Source: Patescibacteria group bacterium UBA1406 (GTDB lineage: Bacteria; Patescibacteriota; Microgenomatia; UBA1406). Taken from it: a DNA stretch of 64,000 nucleotides. The position numbers and the translations under genes were made by a program. The notes below the pieces were generated by a model, which was not told where the DNA came from, did no database searches, and saw nothing but the letters and a program-made list of their open reading frames with translations. Positions 16,382 to 25,452 of this stretch are shown here, in pieces. The DNA lies in assembly GCA_002305675.1 (NCBI GenBank), contig DBQA01000003.1:3278-67277 (forward strand), written 5' to 3'. Each line of letters opens with the position of its first letter. The stretch's first letter is position 1.

Positions 16382-16960
16382 ATGGAACAGACGCTAGTGT
16401 TGATAAAATTCGACGGAGTAAGCCGCGGCCTGGTGGGCGAGATAACAAGCCGCTTTGAAAAGACGGGCCTGAAGATAGTGGCCGCCAAACTGACCGAAGT
16501 TTCGCGCGAACTGGCCGAAAAGCACTATCCGGCCGACCGCGAATCCTTCTTGCGAGGCATGGGCCAGAAGACCCTCGACAATTATGAGAAGATGGGGGCC
16601 GATCCGGTGGAAAAGCTCGGCACCAAGGATACTCTGGAAATAGGCAAGATGATCCGGGAGTGGCTTATCGACTATATCCAGGAAGGGCCGGTGATGGCCT
16701 ATGTGCTCGAGGCGCCGCACTCTGTGGAGCTCGTCCGTAAAATTTGCGGTCACACTCTGCCTTTGAGCGCGCTGCCCGGCACTATCAGGGGTGATTTTGC
16801 GTATGATTCATCGTATCTGGCCAATACCGCCAAGCGCGCCATAAAGAATTTGATGCATGCTTCCGGTTCGGTAGAGGAGGCCGAGTACGAGATCCCTCTG
16901 TGGTTCGGCAAGGACGAGATCCTGTCCTACGAGCGGGTGGAGGAAAAGGTCATGCGTTAA
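16382..16960 (+). CDS. ndk: nucleoside diphosphate kinase (long form with insertion)
   Basis: TLVLIKFDGVSRGLVGEITSRFEKTGLKIVAAKL, GTIRGDFA, and NLMHASGSVEEAEYEIPLWF containing the catalytic His. Confidence 0.9.
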   Translation: MEQTLVLIKFDGVSRGLVGEITSRFEKTGLKIVAAKLTEVSRELAEKHYPADRESFLRGMGQKTLDNYEKMGADPVEKLGTKDTLEIGKMIREWLIDYIQEGPVMAYVLEAPHSVELVRKICGHTLPLSALPGTIRGDFAYDSSYLANTAKRAIKNLMHASGSVEEAEYEIPLWFGKDEILSYERVEEKVMR

Positions 16961-16964
16961 TGGG

Positions 16965-17039
16965 TGGTGCTCCTGCTCAGAATCGAACTGAGATTTGAGG
17001 TTTAGGAAACCTCCGTTCTATCCGTTGAACTACAGGAGC
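16965..17039 (-). tRNA. tRNA-Arg(CCT), CCA encoded
   Basis: Cloverleaf folded by hand: acceptor GCTCCTG/CAGGAGC, D stem GTTC/GAAC, anticodon stem GAGGT/ACCTC with loop TTCCTAA, T arm CTCAG-TTCGATT-CTGAG, 3' ACCA. Confidence 0.9.
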
Positions 17040-17059
17040 ATACTCTGATAGGATACCTA

Positions 17060-17758
17060 TTATTCTACCACAGGAGCGGCGAAAACCAACATTCTCTTGA
17101 GGGTCGTGCCCGGCGGCCAGCAGGTTTGGAGCGTCAGGAATTCGGCCGTGGCGCTTCGGGTCAGGTAATGCACCTCGGTAGGATCGACCACCCTTTTGTC
17201 CAATACCCGGTAAATGTGCTTCTTACCCTTATAGAAGAGGTAGACATCATCGCCCGGTTCCAGTTTGTATAAAAGGTAGAAGACGGCGTTGTAGGTGCCG
17301 ACGTTGAAAAAAGTGTCGGTGGAGTGGGCAAAAAGGTAGATATGGCCGCCGTCCCCGGGGAAAGCGGTCCCGGCGGCATGGGCGACGCCCTTTTTCAGTG
17401 CCTCGATGTACTCGTCATAAACGGCGGCGCTGACGTTCTTGACCACCGGGCTGTTGGCCGCAATCTTGGGAATGACGATGGAGAACTCGGGGTCTTTGGG
17501 AACGATGACCTCGCGGGTGGAGGTGAGACTGTTCAGGACGCCGAGCATGCCATTCCGCCTGGTTCTTGACGGCGGTTCGGTGGCTTCGGCCGATGCCAGG
17601 ACGGTCGTTTCCACGCCCCTGACCTGCCGGTAGGCATAGACCGCTTCCTGATAGAGGGCGGGCCCGAATATCTTGCCGAGCATGAAAAGGCTGGAGATGA
17701 CCAGGAAGTTACCCAGGGTGCGAAAGAGCAGTAGCCTTAGATATTCTATATTTAACAT
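17060..17758 (-). CDS. sortase family transpeptidase
   Basis: N-terminal TM, GHIYLFAHST (His), FLTLQTCWPPG (TLxTC Cys), KRMLV (Arg). TAATG overlap with the upstream gene. Confidence 0.8.
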   Translation of the reverse strand: MLNIEYLRLLLFRTLGNFLVISSLFMLGKIFGPALYQEAVYAYRQVRGVETTVLASAEATEPPSRTRRNGMLGVLNSLTSTREVIVPKDPEFSIVIPKIAANSPVVKNVSAAVYDEYIEALKKGVAHAAGTAFPGDGGHIYLFAHSTDTFFNVGTYNAVFYLLYKLEPGDDVYLFYKGKKHIYRVLDKRVVDPTEVHYLTRSATAEFLTLQTCWPPGTTLKRMLVFAAPVVE

Positions 17759-19110
17759 TATTTAATAGATACCGTATACAGGTCCGGGTAGATATTTTTC
17801 TTGGGATTGATGTTCGTCAGAACGGTCAGCTTGCCGTCCGGAGTGGCGGACAGGAAGAACTCCTCAAATGGGCCGGAATAGACCAGAGTGCGGTTTTCGC
17901 CGTCATATTCGATGATGGACAGGGTATCGTTGCCGTTGAAGACGAGGTGGCGCGAATCAGAGTACCAGATGAGTCGCTCAAAGAGACGGTACTTGTCCTG
18001 CCAATCTTCCAGGTCCAGCTCCTCCTTGAGGGCTGTCTCCGCCAGGAAACGCCTGATATTCTGCCTTTCGGCGGTGCTGAAGAGGTTCAGCTGGAAATTC
18101 TTGTCCTCTTTGGAGTCGTAGATATAAAAATTCGCCTGCTTCAGGTACCGGTTCTCCCCGGTGGGAACGGAGCCGATGAGAGGCGGTTGGATGATCCTGG
18201 GAAGATACGCGTCTTGCACGGCGAAATAGAGGAGCTTGCTTTTATCGGGCGACACCTCGACCAGATAGGCGTTCTCCTTCAGTACCTCGCTGACCTTTTT
18301 CTTGAAGGTGTCAAGTATCTTCTCGTTGATCTGCAGTTCCTGCTGCCGCCATTTGGTGAGCAGCTCGCGGTATGAAAGGGTGGCGTCAAAGAAGTCGCCC
18401 GGATTGCCCCCCACGTTCGTCAAGAGCACGGACAGCAGATTGTCGGCTTCGTCGAACAGGAATACCAGCAAGTTCTTCTCGTCGATGGAGAAAACGAACT
18501 GTATCTTTTCCGCGACCGCTTCTACCGGCAGGTTCGAATAGGGGATAAGGAGTGAGTTTTGCCGGAAGATCCCCAGGGTTTTGGAACTGATGGAGGCGAC
18601 AAAGATGCCTCCGGTCTCTTCACCCGTGGGGGAGTTGCCGTCGGGCAGGACCACATAGGCCACTTTTTCCCTGCTCGGCGAGAGGAGCGGATTGATGATG
18701 CCCCGGTTCGTGAGCGGTGTCAGGGAGGGATTGGCGGAAAAGAGCTGGGCATCCACGCGCGAGACCACCTCACCCTTGATGACAAAGCGCTTTTTCCAGT
18801 CGGAATAGCCCTCCTTCCGGATCATCACATCATAGCTGCCGGGAGGCAGGTAGATATTGTCCGACGTCAGGCCCGAGAACTTATCGTTCACGTATATCTG
18901 GGCGTTGGTGGGGGCGGAGTTCGCCACCAGAATGCCCCGGCTGTTCAGTCCGCCACCTTCAGTGCTGAAACGGTACCCGCGGGCAAAAAAAATGATGAGC
19001 GCCGCGACGGCCAGGATGGCGATACCCACAAACAGCATTGAGGCAGCCCGTTTTAGATTGACCATAGCAAAGTAGATTATACCAAAGAAAACGATGTGGG
19101 AAATAACCAT
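17758..19110 (-). CDS. membrane-anchored PEGA-domain protein with a beta-propeller-like C-terminal region
   Basis: TM LFVGIAILAVAALIIFF. PEGA-like AQIYVNDKFSGLTSDNIYLPPGSYDVMIRKEGYSDWKKRFVI. The start may instead be the internal Met at 19065. Confidence 0.55.
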   Translation of the reverse strand: MVISHIVFFGIIYFAMVNLKRAASMLFVGIAILAVAALIIFFARGYRFSTEGGGLNSRGILVANSAPTNAQIYVNDKFSGLTSDNIYLPPGSYDVMIRKEGYSDWKKRFVIKGEVVSRVDAQLFSANPSLTPLTNRGIINPLLSPSREKVAYVVLPDGNSPTGEETGGIFVASISSKTLGIFRQNSLLIPYSNLPVEAVAEKIQFVFSIDEKNLLVFLFDEADNLLSVLLTNVGGNPGDFFDATLSYRELLTKWRQQELQINEKILDTFKKKVSEVLKENAYLVEVSPDKSKLLYFAVQDAYLPRIIQPPLIGSVPTGENRYLKQANFYIYDSKEDKNFQLNLFSTAERQNIRRFLAETALKEELDLEDWQDKYRLFERLIWYSDSRHLVFNGNDTLSIIEYDGENRTLVYSGPFEEFFLSATPDGKLTVLTNINPKKNIYPDLYTVSIK

Positions 19111-19208
19111 ATGTATTTAGTATTAGAATGATATGATAAATATATATTGTGCGTATACTATCTCCGCTTGCAATTTCAAGTTTTCAAGACTTTTACTATA
19201 ATACTTAT

Positions 19209-20216
19209 ATGTTTAATAAGCGCGTGGGCATCGACCTCGGGACGGCGAACACCCTGGTTTACGTCGAGAAAAAGGGTATCGTTCTGTCCGAGCCGACGGT
19301 TGTGGCCTATTCGCTCCTGGACAAGAAGATAGTGGCGGTGGGCGAGGAGGCCAAGGAGATGCTCGGCCGCACTCCGGGTACCATCGTGGCCACGCACCCC
19401 ATGCGGGACGGGGTGATCGCCGAGTACACGGTCACGCGCGTCATGATCAGCTATTTTCTTAACAAGGCCTTGGGAAGTTTCTTTTTCAAGCCGGATATAA
19501 TCATCTCCATTCCGGGCGGAGCCACCCAGGTGGAGAGGCGGGCCATCGCGAACGCCTGTTACACGGGCGGGGCCCAGAACGTGTACCTGATCGAAGAACC
19601 GATCGCGGCTGCCATTGGCGCCAAAATCTCTATCGCCGAGGCCTCGGGCAACATGATCATCAATATCGGGGGAGGCACCACCGAGGTGGCGGTCATATCC
19701 CTGGGGGAGCTTGTGGCATACGAGTCCGAACGGGTGGCGGGAACAAAGATAGACGAAGCCATCATGACGCACCTGAAGAAAAAGCACTCCCTGATTGTGG
19801 GCGAACGGTCGGCCGAAGAACTGAAGATCAAGCACGGCAACGCCTATCTCAAAGAGGCGAGCACGGAAGAGAACTTCGAAGTGAAAGGGAGGGACCTGCG
19901 CTCGGGCCTTCCCAAAGGTCTCGAGCTGTCCGAGCGGGAGATCTCGGAGAGCATTCAGAAACCGCTGAGGGGCATCGTGCACACCATCAAGCGGGTGTTG
20001 GAGCGGATCCCGCCGGAACTGTCGGCAGACATAGCCGAGAAAGGGGCCATCCTATCGGGCGGCACCTCGTTACTCATCAATATAGACAAGTTCCTGACCG
20101 ACGAACTGGACATTCCCTGTTATGTGGCAGAGGATCCGCTCCTCTGTGTGATCAGGGGGCTGGGGCTGATTGCCGAAAATTTCGAGCTTTACCGCAAAGC
20201 CGCCGGCAAGGCGTGA
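19209..20216 (+). CDS. mreB: rod-shape-determining actin homolog MreB
   Basis: VGIDLGTANTLVY, PMRDGVIAEY, NIGGGTTEVAVISLG, GAILSGGTSLL. ATG 19209 lies 6 nt after TATAAT at 19197-19202. Confidence 0.95.
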   Translation: MFNKRVGIDLGTANTLVYVEKKGIVLSEPTVVAYSLLDKKIVAVGEEAKEMLGRTPGTIVATHPMRDGVIAEYTVTRVMISYFLNKALGSFFFKPDIIISIPGGATQVERRAIANACYTGGAQNVYLIEEPIAAAIGAKISIAEASGNMIINIGGGTTEVAVISLGELVAYESERVAGTKIDEAIMTHLKKKHSLIVGERSAEELKIKHGNAYLKEASTEENFEVKGRDLRSGLPKGLELSEREISESIQKPLRGIVHTIKRVLERIPPELSADIAEKGAILSGGTSLLINIDKFLTDELDIPCYVAEDPLLCVIRGLGLIAENFELYRKAAGKA

Positions 20217-20272
20217 GCCGTAGACGAAACTATAAAACCTATAGTATATGAGTGACCTTATAGAAACAATAA

Positions 20273-20300
20273 CTTATCGCCAGCACACTGGTCCGATAAG
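20273..20300 (+). terminator. hairpin downstream of mreB (weak intrinsic terminator candidate)
   Basis: CTTATCGCCAG-caca-CTGGtcCGATAAG followed by a weak T tract (cttttc). Confidence 0.35.
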
Positions 20301-20492
20301 GCCCTACTTTTCAGCCTATATAATAATATATTATAATGGGGTAAATTATGCGTAATAAAAGAGTAAGTAGGGGTATAGGCCTATATAAAACAAATCGCAG
20401 AGATAGCAAAATGTACACAAGAAGTATACAAAAATAGCATAATTAGAGGTCCTAAAATTAGCAATACTATCCTCTAGTAAGCAAGGCAAAAA

Positions 20493-21248
20493 ATGAAGAC
20501 CATAAACCTCTTAGGCACAACACTTAGATTGCATGACAAAAGTGATATCCTAGAATACTTGGAAAAAAACACCCTAAAAAATAGTGAGTTTTATCACGTA
20601 ATTTCCCTAAATCCGGAGAATTTTATGGTGGCCAGAAGGGAAAAAACGTTCGAAGAGGTTGTCAGAAACGCCCAGATCCATATTGCGGACGGCACTGGGA
20701 TTGTCTGGGCGGCCCGGGTCCTGAAAAATGAGGTAATACCCCGGATAACAGGGGTAGACCTTATGGATGAGCTCCTGAGGCACGCTCACAGGTATAGCTT
20801 GAAATGCCTCTTAATCGGTGGTAAAGGCAATTTAGCAAACACCCTAGCCGATTGCTACCAAAGGCGGCTACCGGGGCTGAAAATCTGGTCACACCATGGT
20901 TTTGAGGACATAAATAACCCCAAAACCGGGGAGGAGAAGGAGATTTTTGATATAGTTGCCTCTGTGAGGCCCCATTTTGTATTCGTATCCTTCGGTTCCC
21001 CCTGGCAGGAAATATGGATAGACAGACATCGGGAGCGTTTCGGACAAGCCCTGGTGATGGGAGTGGGCGGCGCCTTTGCCCTTTTGAGCGGGGAGATCCG
21101 CCGTGCTCCGCATGCTTGGCGCGTTCTGGGGCTGGAATGGCTGTGGCGGTTGATCTTGGAGCCGTGGCGATGGAGGCGTCAACTGAAGGTAGTTCAGTTC
21201 GCCGGCCTGGTGTTGGCGGAAAAGTTAAGGGAAAGGCATGGCCATTAA
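20493..21248 (+). CDS. WecG/TagA/CpsF-family (GT26) glycosyltransferase
   Basis: VISLNPENF, IADGTGIVWAARVL, ITGVDLMDELL, VSFGSPWQEIW, GVGGAFALLSGEIRRAP, LEWLWRLILEPWR. Confidence 0.8.
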   Translation: MKTINLLGTTLRLHDKSDILEYLEKNTLKNSEFYHVISLNPENFMVARREKTFEEVVRNAQIHIADGTGIVWAARVLKNEVIPRITGVDLMDELLRHAHRYSLKCLLIGGKGNLANTLADCYQRRLPGLKIWSHHGFEDINNPKTGEEKEIFDIVASVRPHFVFVSFGSPWQEIWIDRHRERFGQALVMGVGGAFALLSGEIRRAPHAWRVLGLEWLWRLILEPWRWRRQLKVVQFAGLVLAEKLRERHGH

Positions 21249-21251
21249 ACT

Positions 21252-21950
21252 ATGTTGTGGTTGATAATTCAGATATCCGGGCTGTTACTCTTGATATTTC
21301 TGGTTGGACAGAACAATATAAAGGTTCTGGCTCACCTGCTGTTCGGCCTGCTGAAGCATAGGCAGGGGGTGGTGAGGGGACTGTCCTTCTTCTTCCTGCC
21401 CGGCACCTTTATCCATGAGATCGGCCATTTTGTTTTCGCAGAGGGCATGATGGTCAGGACGGACGACCTGAACGTCATCCCCCAGATAAAAGAGGACGGT
21501 ACGGTTAAGCTGGGGGGTGTCAAAATAGAACAGACAGACATGGTCAGGCGGACCATCATCGGGTTCGCGCCGGTCCTTTTCGGACTGATAAGCATCTGGG
21601 TGGGCACCTACTACCTGACGGCGACCGAATTCAGGTGGCCGTATCTGCTCTTTTATGTCTATCTCATCTTTCAGATCAGCCATACCATGTTCTCGTCCAA
21701 AAAGGACCTGGAGGGCGCCGTGATCGGGCTGGCCCTGATAATGCTGATCGTGCTGGGGTTCAAATACCTGTCGGAGATAGTGGTCCTGGACGCCTTTGTG
21801 ACGGCCAAAAACCGGGTCCTGGAGTTTCTAGCCGCCGGTCTGCCTTATTTAAGGACGGGTCTCTTATATGCCTTTATCGTCGACCTCTTGTTTGGGACAG
21901 GGTGTCTCCTGATGGGAAGGGTATTCCAGACTAGTTCTCGGGCACGCTGA
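21252..21950 (+). CDS. polytopic membrane protein with an HExxH motif (M50B-like putative metallopeptidase)
   Basis: FFFLPGTFIHEIGHFVFAEG followed by several TM helices. Confidence 0.45.
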   Translation: MLWLIIQISGLLLLIFLVGQNNIKVLAHLLFGLLKHRQGVVRGLSFFFLPGTFIHEIGHFVFAEGMMVRTDDLNVIPQIKEDGTVKLGGVKIEQTDMVRRTIIGFAPVLFGLISIWVGTYYLTATEFRWPYLLFYVYLIFQISHTMFSSKKDLEGAVIGLALIMLIVLGFKYLSEIVVLDAFVTAKNRVLEFLAAGLPYLRTGLLYAFIVDLLFGTGCLLMGRVFQTSSRAR

Positions 21951-22653
21951 TGGGGGCAGTAGTGAACTCCTGCCCTTCCACTGGCTCCAGGAGAATCTCC
22001 AGCATTGTCCGTGCAGGCGGCGCCTTCACGATCAGGAAGTGGGCCAGGGTAGGTTCCTCGCTGATAGTCTCCGTCCAGGTTTCCCCGCTCGCATTGAACT
22101 TGACGGACGAGGCGTATGGTTCGGCCGTGGTAAAGAAGATAGCAAGCTGGTCGTTGTTGACCTTCTGGAACCTGATCTGGCTTTCAATCTCCTGTGCCTG
22201 ACTCTGGACGGAGATCTTCTTGTTGAGCCGGGTAAAGATGAAAGTGTTGACGCCGGCGAACAAAAGCACTCCCATGACTATGACGACCGACCTCAGGTCG
22301 GAAAGCCTAAGGGGAAGCCCTTTCTGGGTTCTCATGTCCTTGGCGAACTGCCTGGCCTTATCCTCCTTTTCCCGCTTCAGCTCCGCCGGGGTGGTCAGCA
22401 GACCGCCGCACTGGTAGCAGTGGTAGTGATAGGTATTCTTGCTCAACTTCCGGTTGTCCCTCGGGCACCGGTAATCCTTATTGGGCAAGTGTGACTTAGA
22501 ATACATTTTTACCAGGGTTTCCGTTTCCTCGATGGACAGGAAGTCGCTTTCCTTATTGTCAAACCACAGGGTATGGCACTTCGGGCAGGCCCAATAAACG
22601 GTACTGCCTATTTTCTGCGGTGTCATCTCCGTTTTACAGTTCGGGCATATCAT
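21931..22653 (-). CDS. membrane protein with two N-terminal zinc ribbons (zf-TFIIB-like), one TM and an extracytoplasmic domain
   Basis: ICPNCKTEM...WACPKCHTLWFDNKE and YRCPRDNRKL...HCYQCGGLL. TM VVIVMGVLLFAGVNTFIF. Start set to ATG 22653 (GGGAG 6 nt upstream). The track start 22779 would run through the riboswitch. Confidence 0.5.
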   Translation of the reverse strand: MICPNCKTEMTPQKIGSTVYWACPKCHTLWFDNKESDFLSIEETETLVKMYSKSHLPNKDYRCPRDNRKLSKNTYHYHCYQCGGLLTTPAELKREKEDKARQFAKDMRTQKGLPLRLSDLRSVVIVMGVLLFAGVNTFIFTRLNKKISVQSQAQEIESQIRFQKVNNDQLAIFFTTAEPYASSVKFNASGETWTETISEEPTLAHFLIVKAPPARTMLEILLEPVEGQEFTTAPISVPEN

Positions 22654-22707
22654 GTCACTCCCATTCTCGCAAATTTGCATTTTTTTTGCAATACGGTAAA
22701 ATAAGGC

Positions 22708-22853
22708 AGAAGATAAGAGGTAAAGCATACCCCCTTGGGGTATGATGGAAGCCGGTGGAATTCCGGCGCTGTGCCGCAACGGTAAAGCCCGAAAACAATT
22801 CTTATCTTGTCCCGGTGCTCTAATTTTTAGCCGGGAGAATCTCGAGCAGGAGA
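22708..22853 (+). promoter_or_regulatory. cobalamin (B12) riboswitch-like 5' leader
   Basis: P1 AAGATAAGA (22710-22718) pairs with TCTTATCTT (22800-22808). Hairpin CATACCCC/GGGGTATG. Core ATGGAAGCCGGTGGAATTCCGGCGCTGTGCCGCAACGGTAA resembles the consensus AGGGAA-GGTG-AAATCC-GC-CCCGC-ACTGTAA. 3' hairpin TCCCGG/CCGGGA, then AGCCGGGAG, then SD AGGAG at 22848-22852, 7 nt before ATG 22860. Confidence 0.7.
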
Positions 22854-22859
22854 AAAAAT

Positions 22860-23945
22860 ATGAAGCAGACAGAATCCATCAGACCATACACGCCGACGGA
22901 CCTCAGACAGCGGATCGCCCACTTTTATGATGTGCCGGCCGAACGGACGCTGGTTCGGGGACTCATCAGGGACGGCGCACCCAGAGAGTACGTAAATGCC
23001 TATATCGAGGGGAATGTGCTCAAGTTCGCCATGGAGTTCGGAGCCGGCGTCAGGAAAACCTCCATCACCTATCGGATAGGCGACGCGAACAGGATATATT
23101 ATCCCGGTTTCCAGAGACCTGCCGAGGCCATGTTCAGCGCTTCCGCCGCCAGGGCAGGTGGTGGATCCCGGGAGATGGCCGAACTCTCGGGTTGGCAGAG
23201 AGTGGAGGAGCTTCTGACGCAAGGCGGGTATGGCAACGTCATCCAGCTTTCGCCTCCGAGCGCCGACCACCGCGATCACGGCGATTACGGTTTCCTGTTC
23301 TGGTTCGAAAGACAGGGAGACGAGGTGGTCAACCATATTTTCCGGTACGATGAACCCAAGAAGGGTGGCCTACCGGCGAGCCGGCTCTTGGCCGGCGCTT
23401 TTGGCCTGTCTGACGACATGGCCGACGAGAAGGATTTTTTACGCCTGCCCATCCCATTGATCGCGGGGAAAGGGGCGATCATCGACCGGCTGAAGGCGAT
23501 GGGCCTGGAAACATCCCAGCTCGCGGCCGAGGAGCTCGAAAAAAGGCTGAGAACGGATCCTATTGTCCGAAACGCCCTCTGGCAGTACAAACATGCCCTT
23601 TTGCAGGCTACTCCGGAAAGTTTTACCAACCGCGGCGGTTGGCATGGGTCGCCGGAAGAGTTACTATCCATAATTTATGAACGATCCTATCAACTTGCCT
23701 CTGCCCAGGGATTCTTGGACAGGCGTTACCAGGCGCCTTTGCCGCCTGTATTTGCGGGCGGGAGCTGCCCCGTGACACAAAGCGGAATGTCAAACTACAG
23801 CTATGCGGACTGGCTGCTAAGAAAGCCCTTTGAATGTCCCAAATGCGGCTATATCAGTTATGTCCCGGTTGGCAACCGCTGTCCCGGCTGCAAGATCACC
23901 AAGGAACAGTGGGCGGCGGAAAACGAGACGGAGGTTTGTGAATGA
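22860..23945 (+). CDS. hypothetical cytoplasmic protein with a C-terminal zinc ribbon (riboswitch-controlled)
   Basis: 361-aa ORF with no signal peptide or TM. C-terminal FECPKCGYISYVPVGNRCPGCK. SD-led, directly behind the riboswitch-like leader. Confidence 0.6.
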   Translation: MKQTESIRPYTPTDLRQRIAHFYDVPAERTLVRGLIRDGAPREYVNAYIEGNVLKFAMEFGAGVRKTSITYRIGDANRIYYPGFQRPAEAMFSASAARAGGGSREMAELSGWQRVEELLTQGGYGNVIQLSPPSADHRDHGDYGFLFWFERQGDEVVNHIFRYDEPKKGGLPASRLLAGAFGLSDDMADEKDFLRLPIPLIAGKGAIIDRLKAMGLETSQLAAEELEKRLRTDPIVRNALWQYKHALLQATPESFTNRGGWHGSPEELLSIIYERSYQLASAQGFLDRRYQAPLPPVFAGGSCPVTQSGMSNYSYADWLLRKPFECPKCGYISYVPVGNRCPGCKITKEQWAAENETEVCE

Positions 23946-23948
23946 ATC

Positions 23949-24866
23949 TTAGCCCATCCTGGCCTTCAGTTTGGCACGGATATGCTCTTCGCGCCCTCCC
24001 TGTCCGATCTTGCTCTTGAGTGTTTCGGCTGCTTCGGCCGGGTCCAGCACATTGGTCGACAGTCCCGTCCCGAGCTCAAAGCCGCCGCGGGTCAGGAGGC
24101 GGGGGATGAGCCGGAGGTAGAAGGGGGGGTGGGGGCTGAAGTAGTAGTTGTACGAGAATTCCCCGAGGGTTTTTTCCAGAGCTTTGACGGACTGTTGCAG
24201 TAACCTGCCCAAATGCGTCAGCTCGGCCTCGCCAAAGCGGGTGAAGTCTATGTCCTGCATTTTTTCGCAGCCGATCTCCAACCCTTCGCACTCCTTGTGC
24301 GCGATCCAGATCTCGTAGGGATACTGGGAGAAATCAGGGCAGTAGGTGATGAAAAAGTCGTTTTTGGTGACAATGTTCTTGATGGGTTCAAGGGACAGGG
24401 CCTGAAGGTTTATCTGCTGGGGGAGCACCAGGATCTGCGAGTGGGGGTGGGGGATGCTGGTACCGGCGTTGACCCCCTTGTTGCGGAACAGGATGGGAAC
24501 GCCCTCTTTCCTTAGCTCCTTGACGCGCCGCTGATAGACAAGGAACAGGTTCAGGAGTTCGTCCTGGTCCATGTCGGGGATGTCCTTCAGATGGTCCGGG
24601 GTATGGATGATGACCTCGTGGATGTCGGTGATGGGGTAAAGATTGGGGAAGGCCCGGACGGACCAGAGATGGTTCTTCCGGATGCTGTCCACCTCGGCGG
24701 GTGTCTGGGACTCGTTCCCGGGACAGAACGGACAGTCAGGGGAGACGTTCAGGCCGTCCTTTTTCTTAATAAGGTAGTTCTTGTCCGTGGCCTGGGGCTT
24801 CTTCAGCCGGCCGGGAGCCAGGATGACCCAGCGGTCGCTCTTGATGTCGGGAATGTATTTGGCCAT
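23949..24866 (-). CDS. galT: galactose-1-phosphate uridylyltransferase (HIT superfamily)
   Basis: CPFCPGNESQTP and IPHPHSQILVLP (HxHxQ). Start set to MAKYIPDIKSDRWVILAPGR (ATG 24866). The track's N-terminal extension is judged spurious. Confidence 0.8.
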   Translation of the reverse strand: MAKYIPDIKSDRWVILAPGRLKKPQATDKNYLIKKKDGLNVSPDCPFCPGNESQTPAEVDSIRKNHLWSVRAFPNLYPITDIHEVIIHTPDHLKDIPDMDQDELLNLFLVYQRRVKELRKEGVPILFRNKGVNAGTSIPHPHSQILVLPQQINLQALSLEPIKNIVTKNDFFITYCPDFSQYPYEIWIAHKECEGLEIGCEKMQDIDFTRFGEAELTHLGRLLQQSVKALEKTLGEFSYNYYFSPHPPFYLRLIPRLLTRGGFELGTGLSTNVLDPAEAAETLKSKIGQGGREEHIRAKLKARMG

Positions 24867-24893
24867 ATAGGTTTTAGTATAATAAAAAAAGGT

Positions 24894-25448
24894 ATGAATG
24901 TCTCGCGGGTGGTGATAACACTGGTGGCGATCGCTTTTCTGGCCGTGGCGGTGACCCGGATATTTCCCATCAGGCGGCCGCAGCAAACCATCATCGTCCC
25001 TACGCCTACTCCGGCAGACACTGTCGCCCCGCAGGAGGGGTCCTTCAATATTTTCCTGGTCGCGCTGGAAGGTGAGGCGGCGGAAGGGAAGACCTTCGGT
25101 TGCGGGGATGTCCTGGTGCCTGTGTCCCGGCAGGCGCCCGAGGGCGTGGACGCTTTGTCCGCGGCCATTATCGAACTTCTGGAGGTGGAAGGGCCCATGG
25201 TGGACGCTGGTGGGCGGGAGCTTTACAATTCCCTTTACCAGTCGGACCTGACCTTTAAGGCAGCCCGAGTTGAAAATCGCACGGCCGTGATCGAATTGTC
25301 TGGTAATTTAATACTTGGAGGTGTTTGTGACAACCCAAGAGTAGTGGAACAGCTATCCCAAACAGCTCTTCAGTTTGGCACAATAGAAAACGTGGAAATA
25401 TTTCTTAACGACCAGCCTTTGGATGAAGCGCTCTCACTTGCGGGATAG
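24894..25448 (+). CDS. membrane-anchored GerMN-like domain protein
   Basis: Start at MNVSRVVITLVAIAFLAVAV (ATG 24894). FGCGDVLVPVSRQ...AVIELSGNLILGGVCDNPRVVEQLSQTALQF...VEIFLND pattern. Confidence 0.5.
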   Translation: MNVSRVVITLVAIAFLAVAVTRIFPIRRPQQTIIVPTPTPADTVAPQEGSFNIFLVALEGEAAEGKTFGCGDVLVPVSRQAPEGVDALSAAIIELLEVEGPMVDAGGRELYNSLYQSDLTFKAARVENRTAVIELSGNLILGGVCDNPRVVEQLSQTALQFGTIENVEIFLNDQPLDEALSLAG

Positions 25449-25452
25449 ACTA

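Noticed and set aside
19176-19982. 268-aa minus-strand ORF inside mreB
   Set aside because: Antisense to an unambiguous MreB coding sequence. No motifs.
20348-20437. 29-codon highly basic ORF (MRNKRVSRGIGLYKTNRRDSKMYTRSIQK) in the 276-nt AT-rich gap after mreB
   Set aside because: It does not match any small ribosomal protein I know, has only a weak GGGG upstream, and could arise by chance in AT-rich sequence.
24591-24893. Long N-terminal extensions of track ORFs (24591 for the GerMN-like gene; also 9865, 49980, 24986, 22779, 37196, 19149, 26387, 52595)
   Set aside because: The extensions overlap neighbouring genes or the riboswitch and lack signal sequences. Internal starts give canonical N-termini and fit the -10 or SD context.
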